A stretch of 64,000 nt of DNA from the NCBI GenBank assembly GCA_036782715.1, contig DAIPYN010000001.1:54609-118608 (forward strand). The letters are read 5' to 3'. The notes under the pieces are model-generated. The model saw only the letters and a list, made by a program, of their open reading frames with translations. It did no database searches and was not told where the DNA came from. This DNA is from Flavobacteriaceae bacterium (GTDB taxonomy: Bacteria; Bacteroidota; Bacteroidia; Flavobacteriales; Flavobacteriaceae). Both the position numbers and the translations under genes were made by a program. Of the stretch, positions 1-10,444 are shown in pieces (the first letter of the stretch is position 1; every line of letters begins with the position of its first letter).

Positions 1-1
1 T

Positions 2-1054
2 CTGTTTAAACATATGTTTTTATTGATAGCAGGGTTTGGGCTTATTGGTCTAACACACTATTTACCCATCGAGCGTATTGCGATGATCGCTTGGCTGTTA
101 TTGATTCCTTCCTTATTGTTATTAGCCTACACGTTAACTCTAGACACCTCTTTTGGTGGAGTGAGTGCTAAACGATGGATTAAGGTGCCTATACTGAATA
201 TGAATTTTCAGCCATCTACCTTGTCTAGTGTGTTGCTAATGGTTTGCGTTGCAAGTTATCTAGCAAAAGTAAAAGGAACTGCTGTTCGTTTTCGAGATAG
301 TATTTTACCTCTTTGGATCCCAATTTTTGCAACAGTTATTCTTGTAGTTGGGCAAAACTTCTCGACGGCTGCACTGATTGGTTTTAATGCTTTTATGCTC
401 TGCTTTATGGGAGGCTATCCGTTAAAGTATCTTGTGGCTATTGGTATTTCAATAACTGCCGGGGCAGCGCTTTTTTTTACTCTTTTATTGACCTCTCCTG
501 AGGTAATTCCCTCAGATCGGGCAATTACATGGAAGAATAGAGTTGAGTCGTTCATACATCCTGAATTAGCCACAGACGATAGTCGTCATCAAATAACTCT
601 TGCTAAAATCGCGGTAGCTGAAGGGGGTGTTTTTGGTAAGGGAGCAGGAAAAAGCGTCATTAAAAATAGAATTTCCCAGAGTACTTCTGATTTTATCTAT
701 GCAATCATTGTTGAGGAATATGGATTAGTTGGAGGCTTATTTATTCTTTTAATTTACATTCTATTTCTCTTTCGTATCACGGTCTTAGCGTATGCAGCTA
801 CTTCGGTATTTGCCAAGCTGTTAATTGTGGGGCTTGGGCTTCCGATCGTATTTCAAGCGTTTTTGAACATGGCAGTAGTTGTTGAGCTCGTACCGGTTAC
901 TGGTCAACCCTTGCCACTGATTAGTATGGGGGGAACCTCTATCTGGATGACTTGTATTGCAATTGGTATTGTGCTCAGTGCAACAAGCCACACGAAGAAA
1001 AAGGAGAAACTCGCAGATTCCGAATTCTCTATCAAAAATCTAAGTCGTAAATGA
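2..1054 (+). CDS. ftsW: FtsW/RodA/SpoVE (SEDS) family cell-division protein; 5' end lies outside the window
   Basis: Frame is open from base 2 with no upstream stop. Polytopic membrane protein with SEDS-type motifs (SDFIYAIIVEEYGLVGG, PLPLISMGGTS). TGA overlaps the murG ATG (ATGA). Canonical dcw position. Confidence 0.85.
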   Translation: MFKHMFLLIAGFGLIGLTHYLPIERIAMIAWLLLIPSLLLLAYTLTLDTSFGGVSAKRWIKVPILNMNFQPSTLSSVLLMVCVASYLAKVKGTAVRFRDSILPLWIPIFATVILVVGQNFSTAALIGFNAFMLCFMGGYPLKYLVAIGISITAGAALFFTLLLTSPEVIPSDRAITWKNRVESFIHPELATDDSRHQITLAKIAVAEGGVFGKGAGKSVIKNRISQSTSDFIYAIIVEEYGLVGGLFILLIYILFLFRITVLAYAATSVFAKLLIVGLGLPIVFQAFLNMAVVVELVPVTGQPLPLISMGGTSIWMTCIAIGIVLSATSHTKKKEKLADSEFSIKNLSRK

Positions 1055-2133
1055 ATTATCGATTTCTGATATCGGGCGGAGGTACTGGTGGACACATCTA
1101 CCCAGCTATTGCTATTGCTGATGCGCTTAAAGCTACCTATCCCGATGCAGAATTTCTGTTTGTGGGAGCCCAAGGTAGAATGGAGATGGAGCTTGTGCCC
1201 AAGGCAGGATACCCGATTAAAGGACTTTGGATTACAGGTATTCAAAGAAAATTTAGTTTAAGAAATATGCTATTGCCATTGATGCTGCTTTCGAGTTTGC
1301 TTCAATCTTTTTTTCTATTACTGAAATTCAAACCCAATTATGTCGTGGGTACAGGAGGTTTTGCGAGTGGACCGCTTCTTTTCGTAGCTTCTATTTTAAA
1401 GATTCCTTATTTGATTCAAGAACAGAATGCCTTTGCAGGTCTTACTAATAAATGGGTCTCACCTAAAGCAGATGTTATTTGTGTTGCCTATCCCAATATG
1501 GATCGATTCTTTCCAAAATCTAAGGTGGTTATAACGGGTAATCCCATTAGATCATCTTTGGTTGCTAACCAGATAGATCGGGCCACTGCTGCAAGTATTT
1601 ATGATTTTAATGCTTTGGACAAAGTGGTTTTAATGTTGGGAGGTAGTTTGGGTTCTGCCGCAATGAATAAGTGGTTAAGTGAACAATTAGATTTAATTAC
1701 TAGCCGTGGTTTTAAAGTGCTGTGGCAGTGCGGGAAAATTTATTACAACACCTATAAAAACTACGAGAGTAAATCGGTGAAAGTCGTCCCTTTTATCGAA
1801 AATATGGGAGCTGTTTACGAACTGGCTTCAGGTATTATTTCTAGGGCAGGAGCGGGAGCCATTTCTGAACTTGCTGGAGTGGGTAAACCTACCCTTTTTA
1901 TTCCCTCACCTTTAGTTGCCGAAGATCACCAAACCAGGAATGCCGAGAGTATGGTGGCTTTAGATGCCGCCATGATTCTTAGAGAAAGCGAACTATCTGA
2001 TTCAAGTATTCTGGAGCGTTTTCTTGAATACGTTCAGTCAGAAAATCCAGTAATGGGTAATCGATTTAAAGCTGAAGCTAGACCTCGAGCTGCTGAGACC
2101 ATTGTGGAATTAATAGTAGAGCGATTAAAATGA
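1051..2133 (+). CDS. murG: Undecaprenyl-PP-MurNAc-pentapeptide UDP-GlcNAc transferase
   Basis: N-terminal GGGTGGHIYPAIAIA glycine loop, C-terminal SRAGAGAISE motif, dcw position, 4-nt overlaps with both neighbours. Confidence 0.95.
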   Translation: MNYRFLISGGGTGGHIYPAIAIADALKATYPDAEFLFVGAQGRMEMELVPKAGYPIKGLWITGIQRKFSLRNMLLPLMLLSSLLQSFFLLLKFKPNYVVGTGGFASGPLLFVASILKIPYLIQEQNAFAGLTNKWVSPKADVICVAYPNMDRFFPKSKVVITGNPIRSSLVANQIDRATAASIYDFNALDKVVLMLGGSLGSAAMNKWLSEQLDLITSRGFKVLWQCGKIYYNTYKNYESKSVKVVPFIENMGAVYELASGIISRAGAGAISELAGVGKPTLFIPSPLVAEDHQTRNAESMVALDAAMILRESELSDSSILERFLEYVQSENPVMGNRFKAEARPRAAETIVELIVERLK

Positions 2134-3446
2134 AACAGTCCTACTATTTCATAGGAATTGGAGGTATTGGAATGTCGGCCTTGGCTCGCTATCTACTTAA
2201 TCGTGGTTATGAGGTTGGAGGCTATGATCGCGATCAAACCGATTTATGTCAAGCATTAACGAGTGAGGGTGCGCAGATTAGTTATGATCTTACCGATTTT
2301 ACATTCATTGATACCTTTTCGAATAACCTCCTAGTTATTTATACGGCTGCAGTTACGAGCGAACATCCGCAATTGAAGTACGCCTTATCGAAAGGAGTTC
2401 GAACTTTAAAGAGAGCTCAGTTTTTAGGTGAAATCGTTCAATCAGGAAAGGTGCTTGCAGTGGCAGGTACCCACGGAAAGACTACAACGGCCACGTTTCT
2501 CACTCATTTTTTGAAACAGTCTAACGTTTCGTTTACCGCTTTTCTTGGTGGAATTTCAAACGATTTGAATTCAAATTATTATTCATCAGGTTCAGAATAC
2601 TTTGTGGTTGAGGCAGATGAGTTTGATCGTTCTTTTTTAGCCTTGCATCCGCATGCTTCAATCATCACATCGATAGAGCCTGATCATTTAGATATCTATA
2701 AGGATTACCAAGCGATCGTCGATTCTTTTACTCAATTCGTAAATCAAACTTCAGGAGCTTTAATGGTTCATGAGTCTGTGAAACTTAAAGGATCAATTTC
2801 TTATGGATTTTCTCCTGAGAATGATGGGTATATTACAGATATTGAATTCACCAAAAGCGGAACGAATTTTAAAATCCACACTAAGGAACACCCTGCTGTC
2901 TCAGTAACTGTTCCTTTTTATGGAAATCACAATCTTCTTAATACGTTAGCTGCCTACATGATCGCAAAGGAAATAGTCTCCGTTGAGAAGCTTGTTCCTA
3001 TTTTCAACACTCTTCCTTTAGCAAAACGTAGAGCCTCGAAATTAGTTGAAAACGATCAGGTCGTTTTTTACGATGACTATGCGCATCATCCTAGTGAAAT
3101 TCAGGCAATGCATCAGTTGCTTCGTTCTCGATATCCCAATCGTTCGATTACCGCAGTTTTTCAGCCTCATTTATATTCTCGAACTAGAGATTTTGCAAAG
3201 GAGTTTATTGAGGTTTTAGGTTTGTTTGATAACGTATGGATATTGCCTATCTATCCAGCCCGTGAAGCTCCAATTCAAGGAGTGAGTTCTAAACTATTGT
3301 TAAATGGAGATTCTCGTTTAGAATCTATTTCAAAAGAGGAGGTTCTGTCGCGTATATCTATGAAAGCCCCCGAGGTATTAGTTACCCTTGGTGCCGGTGA
3401 TATTGCCAATTTATCTCGGTCGATTCAAAAACTTCTCGAACAGTGA
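2130..3446 (+). CDS. murC: UDP-N-acetylmuramate--L-alanine ligase
   Basis: GIGGIGMSALA Rossmann start, GTHGKTTT P-loop, Mur-ligase DDYAHHP motif, dcw position. Confidence 0.95.
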   Translation: MKQSYYFIGIGGIGMSALARYLLNRGYEVGGYDRDQTDLCQALTSEGAQISYDLTDFTFIDTFSNNLLVIYTAAVTSEHPQLKYALSKGVRTLKRAQFLGEIVQSGKVLAVAGTHGKTTTATFLTHFLKQSNVSFTAFLGGISNDLNSNYYSSGSEYFVVEADEFDRSFLALHPHASIITSIEPDHLDIYKDYQAIVDSFTQFVNQTSGALMVHESVKLKGSISYGFSPENDGYITDIEFTKSGTNFKIHTKEHPAVSVTVPFYGNHNLLNTLAAYMIAKEIVSVEKLVPIFNTLPLAKRRASKLVENDQVVFYDDYAHHPSEIQAMHQLLRSRYPNRSITAVFQPHLYSRTRDFAKEFIEVLGLFDNVWILPIYPAREAPIQGVSSKLLLNGDSRLESISKEEVLSRISMKAPEVLVTLGAGDIANLSRSIQKLLEQ

Positions 3447-4165
3447 AACGGTTTAAATCGCTCATACAATTCATAAGTGTTACCGTTTTAATGGGGGTAA
3501 TAATTGTGGTTTCTCAGTTTCAACAGAAAGTAAGGCCAGCGAGTCACATAAATATTCGGTTCGATCAAAAGAAGGAAACGCTGGTTGATACCGACTCGGT
3601 TAATAAATTGTTAATACAAATTGTTCAACAATACAGCGCGAGCCTAAAAGATGGGATAGTTTTGAGTAAGGCAGAAAAAGGCATCGAATCGATGTCTGGT
3701 GTTCGAAATGCTGAGGTTTTCAGCACAGTTTCGGGAGTCTTAGTGGCTGAAATTCAGCAAAAAAAGGTTCGAGCTAAGGTGATTGGTTCAAAACCTTATT
3801 ATATCGATGAATTAGGGGACGAACTTCCCTTGACGAGCCGATATGAACCTGAAGTCGTTTTGATTCGTTCGAATGAAGCTTTTGAAATTGACGGATCTGA
3901 CGTGATTGAGCTGCTTTCGGGCATTGAAAGTAGCGAACTTTTGAACAAGGATTTAAAAGAAATCAAGCAAATTAGTTCGCGTCGTTTTTCGCTCCTTTTT
4001 AACTCGTTGCCCTTCGAGGTAATCGTGGGAGAAGCAGTGAACATCGAGCAGAAGATGACTAAATTGATTGCTTTTTTGATAAAAGCGGAGCAAGAGAAAT
4101 CACTAAGACAATATCGAACAGTGAATTTGTCTTTTAATAATCAGGTAGTGGCTACCAAAAAGTAA
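3443..4165 (+). CDS. ftsQ: Cell-division protein FtsQ-like (single TM + POTRA-type soluble domain)
   Basis: GTG start overlapping the murC stop (GTGA). One N-terminal TM helix. Lies between murC and ftsA. Called by position and architecture, since the sequence itself is weakly diagnostic. Confidence 0.7.
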   Translation: MKRFKSLIQFISVTVLMGVIIVVSQFQQKVRPASHINIRFDQKKETLVDTDSVNKLLIQIVQQYSASLKDGIVLSKAEKGIESMSGVRNAEVFSTVSGVLVAEIQQKKVRAKVIGSKPYYIDELGDELPLTSRYEPEVVLIRSNEAFEIDGSDVIELLSGIESSELLNKDLKEIKQISSRRFSLLFNSLPFEVIVGEAVNIEQKMTKLIAFLIKAEQEKSLRQYRTVNLSFNNQVVATKK

Positions 4166-4169
4166 CCAA

Positions 4170-5486
4170 ATGGAACAAGAAACATATTCAGTAGGCTTAG
4201 ATATTGGGACGACCAAGATCGTTGCTATTATCGGTAAAGAGAATGAATTTGGGAAAGTTGAGGTTGTAGGTGTTGGTAAAGCCAAAAGTTTGGGTGTACA
4301 TCGAGGAGTAGTGAATAATATTACTCAAACGGTTCAATCTATCCAAGCTGCCGTTGAAGAGGCAGAAAGTGTCTCAGGAGTTGCTATTTCTGAAGTAGTC
4401 GCCGGTATTGCAGGCCAACACATACGAAGTTTACAGACCTCAGATTATATTACTAGGGAAGCGCCAGAAGAGGTGATTAGTGAAGATGATTTGAAGCGAC
4501 TTGAGCAGCAGGTAAAAAAGTTGCAAATGCTGCCTGGAGAGGAGATTATTCATGTTCTTCCACAAGAGTACAAAGTAGATACCCAGTCTGAGATTAAAGA
4601 GCCCATCGGTATGTATGGAAACCGATTAGAGGCTAGGTTTCATGTGGTGGTAGGTCAAGTGGCTTCAATCAAAAATATTCACCGTTGTATCGTTAGCGCC
4701 AATATTAAAGTGCAAGACGTATGTTTGGAGCCTATCGCTTCTGCTAAGGCCGTTTTGAGTCAAGAAGAAATGGAAGCTGGTGTAGCACTGGTTGATATAG
4801 GAGGAGGTACTACAGACCTAGCGGTATTTAAGGATGGAATTATTAGACACACCTCAGTGATTCCCTTCGGTGGTAATATTATCACGGAGGATATCAAAGA
4901 AGGTTGTGCAATCATAGAAAAGCAAGCAGAACTGTTAAAAGTGAAGTTTGGTTCTGCATGGCCTGGAGAAAATAAAGAAAATGAAGTGGTATCGATCCCT
5001 GGTTTAAGAGGTAGAGAGCCCAAAGAGATCACCTTAAAGACCCTTTCGAAGATTATACACGCTCGAGTCGTTGAGATTATTGAAGCAGTCAATGCCGAAA
5101 TTAAGAACTACGCACAGGGTGATCAGAAGAAGAAACTGATCGCAGGTATTGTTATTACAGGTGGTGGAAGCCAACTTAAACATTTGAAACAGGTAGTTGA
5201 ATACATCACCGGCATGGACACCCGAATCGGATACCCGAATGAACACCTTGCAGGCAACTCTAGCCCTGAAATTGCTAGCCCTATGTATGCCACCGCAGTT
5301 GGTCTACTAATGGGGGCATTAGAAATACAAGAAATACAGGCGAACACGAAGTCTGTAATCAAACAACAAGATACTGATGATACCCCATCACAAGAAAGTG
5401 AGGACTCAATCGAGCCAAAGAAAGGTGGATTGTTAGGTGTCTTTTTGAATAAAGCAAAGAATATTTTCGACGAATTAGCCGACTAA
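4170..5486 (+). CDS. ftsA: Cell-division protein FtsA (actin-like ATPase)
   Basis: Phosphate-binding motifs GLDIGTTKIVAIIG and VDIGGGTTDLAVF; immediately upstream of ftsZ. Confidence 0.95.
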   Translation: MEQETYSVGLDIGTTKIVAIIGKENEFGKVEVVGVGKAKSLGVHRGVVNNITQTVQSIQAAVEEAESVSGVAISEVVAGIAGQHIRSLQTSDYITREAPEEVISEDDLKRLEQQVKKLQMLPGEEIIHVLPQEYKVDTQSEIKEPIGMYGNRLEARFHVVVGQVASIKNIHRCIVSANIKVQDVCLEPIASAKAVLSQEEMEAGVALVDIGGGTTDLAVFKDGIIRHTSVIPFGGNIITEDIKEGCAIIEKQAELLKVKFGSAWPGENKENEVVSIPGLRGREPKEITLKTLSKIIHARVVEIIEAVNAEIKNYAQGDQKKKLIAGIVITGGGSQLKHLKQVVEYITGMDTRIGYPNEHLAGNSSPEIASPMYATAVGLLMGALEIQEIQANTKSVIKQQDTDDTPSQESEDSIEPKKGGLLGVFLNKAKNIFDELAD

Positions 5487-5502
5487 AAAAAACAACCGAC
5501 CT

Positions 5503-7461
5503 ATGAGTTTTGAATTAGAAAACATCAATTTTGACTTACCAAAGCATAAAAGCAATGTAATTAAGGTCATTGGTATTGGTGGTGGAGGAAGTAACGCTGT
5601 CAACTACATGTACCGGGAAGGGATCAAAGGAGTTGACTTTGTGATCTGTAATACCGACCGTCAAGCACTTGAAAATAGCCCGGTGCCAAATAAAATTCAG
5701 TTAGGCCTGAATCTTACCGAAGGTCTTGGTGCTGGTGCAAATCCAGAGATTGGTGAACAGGCTGCTTTGGAGTCATTAGAGGAGTTAAAAGGCCTTTTGC
5801 AGCAGCAAACTAAAATGGTTTTCATTACTGCAGGTATGGGTGGTGGAACCGGAACGGGTGCGGCGCCAATTATTGCTGGTTTAGCTAAGGAGATGGGTAT
5901 TCTTACCGTGGGTATCGTAACTATTCCTTTCAAATTCGAAGGAAACACTCGTTATACTCAAGCTCAAAAGGGATTAGATAAATTACGTGAGAGTGTAGAT
6001 TCACTAATCGTCATTAATAACAATAAGCTCCGTGAAATTTACGGTAATCTTGGGTTCAAATCAGGTTTTAGTAAAGCCGATGAAGTACTCGCCACTGCAG
6101 CGAAAGGAATTGCAGAGGTAATTACTCATCATTACTTGCAGAACATTGACCTTAGAGACGCAAAGACCGTATTGTCAAATAGCGGAACCGCAATCATGGG
6201 AGCTGCGGTTACCTCTGGTGCAGATCGTGCACGCATCGCTATCGAATCGGCACTTGACAGCCCATTACTCAATGATAATAAAATCAAAGGTGCGAAGAAT
6301 GTGTTACTACTCATCGTCTCAGGTACCGATGAAATTACCCTTGACGAGATTGGAGAGATTAACGATCATATTCAATCTGAAGCTGGTTATAATGCCGATA
6401 TCATTATGGGGGTAGGTGAAGATGAGTCTTTAGGTGATGCCATTTCTGTGACTGTTATAGCAACAGGTTTTGATACCGATCAGCAAGATTATATTGTTAC
6501 CCACCAAACGCAACGAATCATTCACTCTTTAGATGGGGAATCAAAAGCAGTAAATGATCAAACGTTAGGTTTTGACACTTCTGAAAACATTCGTTCGATT
6601 GAGGTAAATAACCCTGAATTGGTAATTCCTAAGACTGAGGTAAACGAAGAGCCTTCGAAAACGGTGTTTCAATTAGAAGAGGAGTCAGAAATTGAAGAGG
6701 AAATGAGCTTTTCATTGGAGGTATCAGAGGATCGTTTTGAAGAAAATATTCCAGAGGCTGTAGAGGAGAATCCTTTAATCAGTACTTCTGATCTAATTCG
6801 TGATATACCTGTCACTGCTGAGGTGATTGAATTTAACGTAGAGGATGATCTTGATGATGATTTTGTGATTGTTGATACTTCTGAATTGATTAAGGAGATT
6901 GAAGTTATCGATGCTGAAGTTGTAAGCCCTGCACGCCCTTCATTAGATCAGGATGACTTTTCATTTGAATTACCCTTAGTGACTGATGAGACAGATAGCG
7001 AAGAGACCGCTCCAACTGTCGTATTTGATTTGTTCTCTGATACTGATGAAATTACATCGGTAGATACACCACAATCAGGTAATTCGACTCCAAAAGAATC
7101 GGAGGAAGAAATGGATTTTGTTCTTTCTACCAAAAAAGAGGTTAAGGTTCCTTCTAACTCTGTTCCTTCAGCTCAAACTGAGAATAATCCTTACGAGATG
7201 AGTTTGAGTGAAACTGAAGAAATTCTTGCTGCTCGCAAGGAACAACGTATTCAGGCTTTCAAAAACTTTAATCATCAATTCAATAAGGGTTCTGTCAAAT
7301 TGGATGAGATTGAACGTGTGCCAGCGTATAAACGTGCAGGCGTTGAATTTGACGAGGTGCCTGAAGGGTCTAAAGTTTCAAGAACTACTTTGAGTGAGGA
7401 TCAAAACGGTGATACACAACTAAGAACGAATAATTCTTTTCTGCACGATAATGTAGACTAG
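5503..7461 (+). CDS. ftsZ: Cell-division GTPase FtsZ with long acidic C-terminal linker
   Basis: [11 protein letters not shown] and tubulin signature [13 protein letters not shown]. Conserved tail ...[13 protein letters not shown]...NSFLHDNVD. 652 aa. Confidence 0.97.
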   Translation: MSFELENINFDLPKHKSNVIKVIGIGGGGSNAVNYMYREGIKGVDFVICNTDRQALENSPVPNKIQLGLNLTEGLGAGANPEIGEQAALESLEELKGLLQQQTKMVFITAGMGGGTGTGAAPIIAGLAKEMGILTVGIVTIPFKFEGNTRYTQAQKGLDKLRESVDSLIVINNNKLREIYGNLGFKSGFSKADEVLATAAKGIAEVITHHYLQNIDLRDAKTVLSNSGTAIMGAAVTSGADRARIAIESALDSPLLNDNKIKGAKNVLLLIVSGTDEITLDEIGEINDHIQSEAGYNADIIMGVGEDESLGDAISVTVIATGFDTDQQDYIVTHQTQRIIHSLDGESKAVNDQTLGFDTSENIRSIEVNNPELVIPKTEVNEEPSKTVFQLEEESEIEEEMSFSLEVSEDRFEENIPEAVEENPLISTSDLIRDIPVTAEVIEFNVEDDLDDDFVIVDTSELIKEIEVIDAEVVSPARPSLDQDDFSFELPLVTDETDSEETAPTVVFDLFSDTDEITSVDTPQSGNSTPKESEEEMDFVLSTKKEVKVPSNSVPSAQTENNPYEMSLSETEEILAARKEQRIQAFKNFNHQFNKGSVKLDEIERVPAYKRAGVEFDEVPEGSKVSRTTLSEDQNGDTQLRTNNSFLHDNVD

Positions 7462-9785
7462 AAATCGAAGACGAGCCCTATACTCGGTATAAACTGCCCT
7501 TCACTTCTTGGTAATTCCTTGAGTTGTGAAGGGTTTTTTATTGAACCATCACTGTTTCGTGCTAATCCGTATTCGGGAGGTGTTGGATTGTCAGCCGATA
7601 ATAAATTCTGAACTTCGATGAAAAGGTTGAAACTGCTTGATGTGAAATTCCATTTTTTATCAATTCGAAGATCGAGTTGAGAGAAGGGATCTAAAAGATA
7701 GTTCTCATTACCGAGTAAGTCATAGTCTAGTCGAAGGTCTGGGTAATTGGCTAGACTCAAGGTTTCGTCTATAGGAGCGTAAGGAGTTTTCCCATTATAC
7801 CTGAACCTCGAACTGATTTCCCAATTTTTATTGAGTTTGTATCCGCCAGTAAAAGAGGCGAGATGACGGCTATCCCAAGTACTTCTTCTATAAATATTCG
7901 GGTCTAATCCACTGAATTCACTGAAGAAATAAGTATAAGAAAATAAGCCGTAGAAATTATTACTCAACTTTTGCTGATACAATAATTCTAGGCCATAGCT
8001 TCGCCCTTTACCACTACTTTCTACTTCTTCATTTCCCAATACCTCGAAACCGGCTCCTTTGTTGGCTAATGAAATCTCATCAAGAATCGAGACTGGATAG
8101 TTACTGTAGGATTTTAGGAACCCTTCAATAGATAGTAAAGTAGTATTCCCAAAGTACTTCTTGATCCCTGCAGTTAAGTGATCAGATTGTACATAATTCA
8201 GGTTTTCGTTTACAAAGATTCCGACGCTTTGATAACCCAATTGGGTGTAGGTAGGTATTTTGAAATAACGCCCTACTCCTAAAGTTGCACTCAGATCTTC
8301 ATTGAAATTATAGGTCAAAGCGGCTCTTGGGGAGATGTGGTCCAATAAATTATTTTTGGTAAAACTATCATCATCGAGGCGAAGCCCAAGTGTAAACTCC
8401 GTTTTCTCACCTAGGTTCCCACTAAGCTGAGTAAATAGACCATATTTAGAAAATTCAATAGCAGAAAAGAACGAATTATTGATTCGCTCAATAGTTGTAT
8501 TATTCTCATAATTCGATCGCTGCAGATTCATCCCATAGGCCCACTTTAGCTTTCCAAGATATCTTACTAGATCAAATCTCAATTTGGTTTCAGCCTCTAG
8601 TGACTCATTGATAAAATAGGCGCCACTCTCGTTTTCTGGATCGGTATACTGGGTAAATGTATTTTGTAACCGGTTGTGAGAAAGGCTAAGTGTGAATTTT
8701 CCTGGTTGAGATTTTAATTTATGTTGCCAACTTATTCCGGCAACATGAGTCCTTTGATCTATAAATGGAGCCTGTTCCAGTTGGGCGGTAGCTTCCTCGT
8801 CAAAGACCTCAGGTGCTTCTACACTGAAATCATCGATTGCCCCGATGCCGATGAGACTAATTGAATTATACTCATCGATGGTGTGATCTATCTTGTATTG
8901 ATAATCCCAGTAGTCTGGACGGATAGGTAAACCAATAAGTTCAAACAAGAACTGTAGATAGCTTCTTCTTACCGACCCTATAAACGTGGTTTTCTCAGAA
9001 ATTGGCCCGTCAAAGGTTAATGCCGTTTCACTAGCGCTCACCCGAATATTTCTATTCCATCCTTCGCTTGAACCCTTTCGCTGCTCAAATTGTAGTACAC
9101 CTGAAAGTGCATTATCGTAGCGCGCATCAAAGGAAGAAGCGGATAAAGTGACGTTTTCTATGAAGGAAACATTAATCATTCCAACCGGTCCTCCAGCACT
9201 TCCTTGTGTACTGAAGTGATTGATATTAGGAATTTCAATGCCATCTAAATAATAAACACTCTCATTGGGTGCTCCACCTCTAATGATCAAATCGTTACGA
9301 AATCCACCCACCGAAGGTGATACTCCAGGTAGTGTCTGGGCTACTTGCACCACATCGTTGTTTCCGCCCGGATAGGTAGCGAGCTCCACTGCCGATAGAG
9401 TTCTCGTGGAAAGCGGAGATTCTTTAGGTCGAGCTATAAAATTATCTGCCTGTAAGACTACTCCCTCTAGTGTTTCTGCTTTTGGCGAAAGACTAAAATT
9501 GTATTCGGGATTACCCTTTGACTTTACGATGATATTGAAAAGGGTTTGTGGCTCATATCCCAAAAACCGAACACTTAGATTGTAAGATCCAGGAGCAACA
9601 CCACTTATTATATAAATACCATCGATATCGGTTTGTGCACCTAGTGGGGTGTCCACTAAAATGACTTCTGCACCAGCTAGTGGGTAGCCGAATTCATCGA
9701 CCACGGTTCCTCTAATGCTGACTTCTTGTGCGTAAAGCAGGTTAACACCCAAAAAGAGTGCCAATAGGCTGAGTAGGTTTTTCAA
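7458..9785 (-). CDS. TonB-dependent outer-membrane receptor with N-terminal CarboxypepD_reg-like domain
   Basis: Signal peptide, then a beta-sandwich (RGTVVDEFGYPLAGAEV...DIDGIYII) and a plug-like region (VQVAQTLPGV, IRGG). Large beta-barrel ending in an aromatic residue (...GLVFDF). TTG is the only start after the upstream in-frame TAA. Confidence 0.85.
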   Translation of the reverse strand: MKNLLSLLALFLGVNLLYAQEVSIRGTVVDEFGYPLAGAEVILVDTPLGAQTDIDGIYIISGVAPGSYNLSVRFLGYEPQTLFNIIVKSKGNPEYNFSLSPKAETLEGVVLQADNFIARPKESPLSTRTLSAVELATYPGGNNDVVQVAQTLPGVSPSVGGFRNDLIIRGGAPNESVYYLDGIEIPNINHFSTQGSAGGPVGMINVSFIENVTLSASSFDARYDNALSGVLQFEQRKGSSEGWNRNIRVSASETALTFDGPISEKTTFIGSVRRSYLQFLFELIGLPIRPDYWDYQYKIDHTIDEYNSISLIGIGAIDDFSVEAPEVFDEEATAQLEQAPFIDQRTHVAGISWQHKLKSQPGKFTLSLSHNRLQNTFTQYTDPENESGAYFINESLEAETKLRFDLVRYLGKLKWAYGMNLQRSNYENNTTIERINNSFFSAIEFSKYGLFTQLSGNLGEKTEFTLGLRLDDDSFTKNNLLDHISPRAALTYNFNEDLSATLGVGRYFKIPTYTQLGYQSVGIFVNENLNYVQSDHLTAGIKKYFGNTTLLSIEGFLKSYSNYPVSILDEISLANKGAGFEVLGNEEVESSGKGRSYGLELLYQQKLSNNFYGLFSYTYFFSEFSGLDPNIYRRSTWDSRHLASFTGGYKLNKNWEISSRFRYNGKTPYAPIDETLSLANYPDLRLDYDLLGNENYLLDPFSQLDLRIDKKWNFTSSSFNLFIEVQNLLSADNPTPPEYGLARNSDGSIKNPSQLKELPRSEGQFIPSIGLVFDF

Positions 9786-9797
9786 AGCAATTTTTTA

Positions 9798-9805
9798 CAA
9801 AGATA
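9798..9805 (-). promoter_or_regulatory. Candidate Bacteroidota-type -7 promoter box (TAnnTTTG)
   Basis: Minus strand reads TATCTTTG, 12 nt upstream of the TonB-receptor TTG start. Confidence 0.4.
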
Positions 9806-9874
9806 CGATTCAGGTGATTTCGCTAATGCGCATAAAAAAAGGGCTCTAGTGAACCCCTCTTTTTTATCCTTAAG

Positions 9875-9948
9875 TGACCGCGGGAGGATTCGAACCCCCA
9901 ACCCTCAGAGCCGAAATCTGATATTCTATCCAGTTGAACTACGCGGCC
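9875..9948 (-). tRNA. tRNA-Arg (anticodon TCG), CCA not encoded
   Basis: Hand-folded 74-nt cloverleaf: acceptor GGCCGCG/CGCGGTC (one G-U), D arm GTTC/GAAT, anticodon stem TCAGA/TCTGA with loop TT-TCG-GC, T arm GGGGG-TTCGAAT-CCTCC, discriminator A. Confidence 0.9.
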
Positions 9949-9954
9949 AATAAT

Positions 9955-10404
9955 TTAGTTGCTTAGATGATCTTTAACCTTTTGGGCGATAACTTTTCCT
10001 TCAGTTCTACCTGCTGCTCTCGAATTAACTTCTCCAACAACTCGTCCCATATCTTTCATTCCTTCAGCAGAAAGCTCGGTTATGACCGCTTTAACCAGTT
10101 CGTCAAGTTCTGCCTCTGATAAAGGTTCTGGTAAGAATTGCTCGATAACTTTAGCTTGTGCTCGCTCTGGATCAGCAAGGTCTGGTCTACCTTGTTCGTT
10201 ATAGAGAGCCGCGCTATCTTTTCTTTGTTTTACCAGTTTTTGTAGTAGCTTAATTTCATCAGTAGAACTCAATTCTTTTGAACCTGCTTCGCTTTGTTGA
10301 AGGAGTATTGCTGACTTTATTGCTCTTAGTGATTCTAAAGCCACAGTGTCTTTTGCTTTCATTGCTGCCTTGAGGGCATCCATTACCTGATTTTGTAAAG
10401 CCAT
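9955..10404 (-). CDS. GatB/YqeY-domain protein
   Basis: Small all-helical protein with a typical YqeY start (MALQNQVMDALKAAMKAKD...ESLRAIKSAI). ATG at 10404 preferred over the TTG at 10428 used by the ORF track. Confidence 0.8.
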   Translation of the reverse strand: MALQNQVMDALKAAMKAKDTVALESLRAIKSAILLQQSEAGSKELSSTDEIKLLQKLVKQRKDSAALYNEQGRPDLADPERAQAKVIEQFLPEPLSEAELDELVKAVITELSAEGMKDMGRVVGEVNSRAAGRTEGKVIAQKVKDHLSN

Positions 10405-10444
10405 ATTGGTATCTAAATTGGAAGACAAAAATAATTAAAATTCG

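Noticed and set aside
6540-7200. Possible DNA tandem repeats in the ftsZ linker.
   Set aside because: By eye there is only compositional bias (GAA/GAT/GAG-rich), with no exact periodic repeat unit.
9834-9866. Possible bidirectional terminator (A-run, GGG...CCC, T-run) downstream of the tRNA.
   Set aside because: Only a 4-bp G-C stem (7 bp with A-T and G-U pairs) closes an 11-nt loop. That is too weak to call with confidence.
9875-9948. tRNA-Arg as a possible integration hotspot for a genomic island.
   Set aside because: There is no integrase, no direct repeat of the tRNA 3' end, and both flanks are housekeeping genes.
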